Positions 56,480 to 60,274 of a DNA stretch of 60,274 bases are shown here, one piece after another; position 1 is the stretch's first letter; every line of letters starts with the position of its first letter. The position numbers were made by a program, and so were the translations under genes. The notes under the pieces were generated by a model. The model saw only the letters and a list, made by a program, of their open reading frames with translations, ran no database searches and was not told the DNA's origin. The DNA comes from Escherichia phage phiG7, in sequence record OQ791410.1; one strand, 5' to 3'.

Positions 56480-57073
56480 ATGACTGACGTATTAAATAAC
56501 ACGCACACTATTTCTATAACTAATTCTAGCGTAACTGCTACATCCTTTGCGCCAACTCTTCTCGGGGTGAAGCGGTTAACTGATACGGCAATTCTACCAG
56601 CGTTCGCTACTGCTGGGGCAGCTTGCTTTGACCTGCACGCGGATCTCAAAAGTGAAGACGGTTGTGAACAAATCATTTTCTCATACGAGCACGTATTCCG
56701 TACAGGGTTAGCATTTGATATCCCTAAAGGATATGCGCTTATGGTCTATTCCCGGAGTGGGCATGGATTCAAAAATGACGTGCGTTTGGCAAACTGCGTG
56801 GGCGTTATTGATAGCGATTACACTGGCGAAGTTAAAGTTAAGCTCACTATTGATAATGATGGTAGTTTTATAGTCAGTCATGGCGACCGTATTGCGCAAG
56901 CTATGCTTATTAAGGTGCCTTGCGTGCAACTGGTAGAAGTAGACGAGCTCAAAACTACTGAGCGCGGTGCTAATGGCTTTGGGTCCACTGGCACGTCTGC
57001 CAATGTGGTTACATCAGAGGAAGAAGCTGCTACGCATCCGATCATGACTTCACGTCATTTAGATAAAAAATAA
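56480..57073 (+). CDS. dut: dUTP diphosphatase (dUTPase)
   Basis: Motifs RSGHGFK, GVIDSDYTGEV, GDRIAQ, RGANGFGSTG. Confidence 0.85.
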   Translation: MTDVLNNTHTISITNSSVTATSFAPTLLGVKRLTDTAILPAFATAGAACFDLHADLKSEDGCEQIIFSYEHVFRTGLAFDIPKGYALMVYSRSGHGFKNDVRLANCVGVIDSDYTGEVKVKLTIDNDGSFIVSHGDRIAQAMLIKVPCVQLVEVDELKTTERGANGFGSTGTSANVVTSEEEAATHPIMTSRHLDKK

Positions 57074-57136
57074 GTCTTGCCTAAGCACATGGATGTGCTA
57101 TTATACATACATCGAAACACAACAGAGGACAGAAAA

Positions 57137-57547
57137 ATGTTCGACGCAGATAAAGCAGTACAAGCAACAGAAGCAGATGTAATTGAGTGGTATAAAACTA
57201 AAGCGGAATTGCAGAAGCTGCAAGCTCGTGAGCGAGCACTCCGTGATAAGATTATTAAGTCCTATTTCCCAGCGCCGTCTGAGGGGACTAATAAAGTTGA
57301 AATTACTGGCGGGGTTATGAAAATGACCCACAAGATTGATCGTAAGATTGATCTTCCAAGTCTTAACGGAATCCTGGGCGATCTGATTAAAGTTGGTGTT
57401 AACGTTGATCAGCTTGTGGAAAATAAACCTGTATTGAAAGTTGCGGCTTGGCGTAAACTTACAGCGGAGCAAGCCGCAGTCTTCAACCAGTGTGTTGAAT
57501 CTAAAGTTGGATCTGCATCACTGGAAATCGTTCCAAATAAAGCTTAA
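57137..57547 (+). CDS. hypothetical protein
   Basis: RBS GAGGA before ATG at 57137. Confidence 0.4.
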   Translation: MFDADKAVQATEADVIEWYKTKAELQKLQARERALRDKIIKSYFPAPSEGTNKVEITGGVMKMTHKIDRKIDLPSLNGILGDLIKVGVNVDQLVENKPVLKVAAWRKLTAEQAAVFNQCVESKVGSASLEIVPNKA

Positions 57548-57589
57548 CTACATTAACGGGCGGTCAATCCGCCCAAGAGGAAACTAAAA

Positions 57590-58381
57590 ATGCGTAAAGA
57601 ATTTCAGAAAGCTTATCATGCCCTGTTAAAAGGTGTTGTAACTGTCAAAGTTAAGTTTGAAGCAGGTGGTCGTCTTTATACCTACCGTGCCCTGGAAAGC
57701 GACGAACTACAACCGGGCGATACTGTTGTTATTCAATATAACGGCAAGTTCTTTACTACGGAAGTAGTAGAAGTGGATCAGTATCCGGACTTCAGCAAGG
57801 ATGTTGAATATAAATGGATTGTGTGCAAAGTGGACGAAGAACGCTATGCCCACTTCCTGGAACAGGAACACATGTTCGAACAACAGATGTTAGCTCTGTC
57901 TGCAAATAAAGAAGCAGAAGCGACCAAGAAAGAACTGATCGAGTTGTACGGTGAAGAAAATGTTGGTTATTTGGCAGGTATTGCCCAGGGCAAAGTGACG
58001 GTTCCAACATTGAATGACGTTATTGAAACTATGCTACACAACTTTGCGGATGGTGCAGATCTTAACGGTAGTGTTGTTGAGTTTAAAACCGGACCGTATA
58101 ATAGCGAAGCTGTACAACGTCAGAAAGATTTATATGTACAGGTGCTTGGGCGCGGTTTACGCAAGATGGAAGGTCCGCGTGTGGACTGGGAAAGTCGTTA
58201 CAATAAACACATCGCTAAGATGCATAATCTGAACGGTTTTACATGGCGTGATTTTATGGCACCGGGCGCAAGTAAAGAGAGCGGCGAAGACGTAGAATCT
58301 GCTAAAATCTTGTTTGATCGTTTCAAGCGCAAGCAGTATCCGATCGAGCAATATATCGAAGAGTTCAAAGACAAATTATAA
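57590..58381 (+). CDS. hypothetical protein
   Basis: 263-aa ORF, RBS AGAGGA. Confidence 0.4.
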   Translation: MRKEFQKAYHALLKGVVTVKVKFEAGGRLYTYRALESDELQPGDTVVIQYNGKFFTTEVVEVDQYPDFSKDVEYKWIVCKVDEERYAHFLEQEHMFEQQMLALSANKEAEATKKELIELYGEENVGYLAGIAQGKVTVPTLNDVIETMLHNFADGADLNGSVVEFKTGPYNSEAVQRQKDLYVQVLGRGLRKMEGPRVDWESRYNKHIAKMHNLNGFTWRDFMAPGASKESGEDVESAKILFDRFKRKQYPIEQYIEEFKDKL

Positions 58382-58393
58382 ACGGGGGGAATA

Positions 58394-58624
58394 ATGGCTG
58401 TAAGAAAGATCAAAGCGACAGATGCGCTTCCTGGAATGATTTACCGTGACTTTTACGGTAACGAAATGAAAGTAGAAAGTATCTGTCATTACGAGCAGGA
58501 TAATACGATAGCCCTTACCTTTGCTTTCGGGCGCCCAGGAGATGGTTTCCGTCTAACCTTCCAAAATGAAGAAGAGATTGAAATCGTGATCCCTGAAGAA
58601 CCGGAAGAATCTATTCCTGCATAA
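58394..58624 (+). CDS. hypothetical small protein
   Basis: 76-aa ORF. Confidence 0.35.
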   Translation: MAVRKIKATDALPGMIYRDFYGNEMKVESICHYEQDNTIALTFAFGRPGDGFRLTFQNEEEIEIVIPEEPEESIPA

Positions 58625-58668
58625 CTTACAAGGGAGTCTTTCGACCCCCTTTTTATTAAGGAAAAACA

Positions 58669-59292
58669 ATGAGAGTAACAATTATTTCTGATGCAAGTTT
58701 TTGCCCAAATACAAAAGCCGCGGGATATGGTGGATGGGTAGTCTGTAACCGTGGAAATAATGCTAACGGTGGTCCATTACGCGGTGCTCAGGATAACAAT
58801 GCAGCCGAAACAATGGCAATTTGTAATGTCATTTGGGAAGGATTGAAAGCTAATTTAATTCAATCGGGTGATCATTTAATTGTGCAAACAGATTGTTCAA
58901 CAGCTATTAAAGTGTATAAAGAGGCAAGCTGGAAAAGCGAACAGGAAGGTACAGCTTTCAAATGGTTGAACGATCAACTTCGTAAATATAACCTTACTAT
59001 TGAGTTTCGCCACGTTAAAGGTCATACAAGTAATCAGGACCAGCGTAGCAAAGCTCAAAGATTTTGTGATGAACGTGCGCGTTCTGCTATGCGATTGGAA
59101 AGAAGTAAGATCCGTTTGCAGGAATGCAAAGAGCTTATTTCCGAAGCAAAGAAAAAGGAAAATAGACCTAAAAAGGGTAGCGGACATTTACGTCGTAATA
59201 CCCGTATGAAAGAGAAAGCTGATATGCTTACTAAACGTGAGCGTGAACAGCATTATACAGAAGCTGACTATCAAACTTGGATGAGGTTGTAG
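58669..59292 (+). CDS. ribonuclease H-like protein
   Basis: RNase H blocks DAS...GYGGW, NNAAETMAI, TDCSTAI, VKGHTSN. Confidence 0.55.
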   Translation: MRVTIISDASFCPNTKAAGYGGWVVCNRGNNANGGPLRGAQDNNAAETMAICNVIWEGLKANLIQSGDHLIVQTDCSTAIKVYKEASWKSEQEGTAFKWLNDQLRKYNLTIEFRHVKGHTSNQDQRSKAQRFCDERARSAMRLERSKIRLQECKELISEAKKKENRPKKGSGHLRRNTRMKEKADMLTKREREQHYTEADYQTWMRL

Positions 59293-59293
59293 T

Positions 59294-60208
59294 ATGTCTT
59301 TTAAACCACATTTAGCAACTGACGCGGTTGAAGAAAAGATTAAGTTTCCGTGCTGCATACTGCCTAAAATTGACGGTGTACGCGGTTTAAATCCGGATGG
59401 GCAAATAGTAGGGCGTAGCTTAAAGTTGTTTAAAAACCGCCATACAAGCGCAATTTTCAGCGGTCCCCAGTACATGGGCTATGACGGTGAACTTGCAGCA
59501 GGGGTGGAGACAGATCCGGACCTGTGCCGTAAAACAACCAGTGCGGTAAACACAATTGAAGGTGAACCGTTCCTGAAATGGCACATCTTTGATCTGTGCG
59601 CTGAAAGTGTTGCAGGGATGGGCTATGAAGCACGCTACAACATGATGAAAGATTTCATAACCACACAGCACGCGAAAGGTGAACTGCTCGATTTGCAAGT
59701 TGTGCCCATGTATGTGGTTAAGTCTTTAGAAGAGCTGCTCTACTGGGAAAACATCTGGCTTGATATGGGTTATGAAGGTATTATTATCCGTGATCCAAAC
59801 AAGCCTTACAAACATGGGCGCGGTACAGTTCGAGAAGGCGGATACCTTCGTATTAAACGCTTTATTCAGGAAGATGCTATTGTCCTCGATATTATTGAGG
59901 GTGAAACTAATCTTAATGAAGCCACTGTTAACGAGCTGGGAAGGACTACACGATCTTCACATCAGGAAAATAAAGTTCCTAACGGTATGATCGGGACGCT
60001 TGTTTGTAAAGACGTTAAGACTGGCAATACAATCAACGTTAGTCCTGGTAAACTAACACAAGAGGATAAGATTTATTATTGGAATAACCCTGACAAGATT
60101 AAAGGTCGGACTATTTCATATAAACACTTTCCTCATGGCGTTAAAGATAAACCGCGTTTTGCTAACTTTATGCATTTCCGCGATGAAACTGATCAGGCTT
60201 TAGATTAA
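59294..60208 (+). CDS. ATP-dependent DNA ligase
   Basis: Adenylation motif KIDGVRG, motif EGIIIR, C-terminal OB-like region. Confidence 0.75.
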   Translation: MSFKPHLATDAVEEKIKFPCCILPKIDGVRGLNPDGQIVGRSLKLFKNRHTSAIFSGPQYMGYDGELAAGVETDPDLCRKTTSAVNTIEGEPFLKWHIFDLCAESVAGMGYEARYNMMKDFITTQHAKGELLDLQVVPMYVVKSLEELLYWENIWLDMGYEGIIIRDPNKPYKHGRGTVREGGYLRIKRFIQEDAIVLDIIEGETNLNEATVNELGRTTRSSHQENKVPNGMIGTLVCKDVKTGNTINVSPGKLTQEDKIYYWNNPDKIKGRTISYKHFPHGVKDKPRFANFMHFRDETDQALD

Positions 60209-60274
60209 AAAGTAATTGAGGGTTCAAAGTATATTACGTTACAATGAGCACGAACTTAAAAGAGAGGCGTTAAA

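Noticed and set aside
1-60274. CRISPR array, integrase/attachment site, rRNA or transposase
   Set aside because: No regular repeat-spacer array, no tyrosine/serine recombinase signature and no IS-like inverted repeats with transposase were seen; the genome appears to be a virulent-type phage.

Overview
This window looks like a complete, circularly closed ~60.1 kb tailed-phage (siphovirus-like) genome: the first 127 bp are identical to the last 127 bp, and no integrase or rRNA/tRNA/CRISPR was found. Two arms diverge from an AT-rich promoter region near 48.2-48.4 kb and converge on a bidirectional terminator near 17.4 kb. The plus arm (48.4 kb through the wrap point to 17.4 kb) carries replication, recombination and nucleotide-metabolism genes plus a 7-deazaguanine (preQ0-type) DNA-modification cluster (FolE, QueD, QueE, QueC, DpdA-like transglycosylase, a small membrane protein). 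The minus arm (47.9 kb down to 17.6 kb) carries small early-type genes, an HNH endonuclease, a lysis cassette, terminase, portal, capsid and a lambda-like tail module with a canonical G/GT -1 frameshift. The most interesting candidates are: (1) a second, shorter DpdA-like paralogue split by a frameshift in a G4 run; (2) a glycine-zipper, microcin-like small gene with its own RBS and terminator downstream of the tail fibre, also split at a G run, alongside a stand-alone C39-like cysteine peptidase elsewhere; (3) an HslV/proteasome-like Ntn hydrolase; (4) an opposite-strand gene inside the tail module; (5) an iteron-rich AT-rich region and a GC-rich short-repeat region that may be the origin or packaging/regulatory sites. 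All protein calls are from motifs read by eye in the supplied translations; no database search was run.
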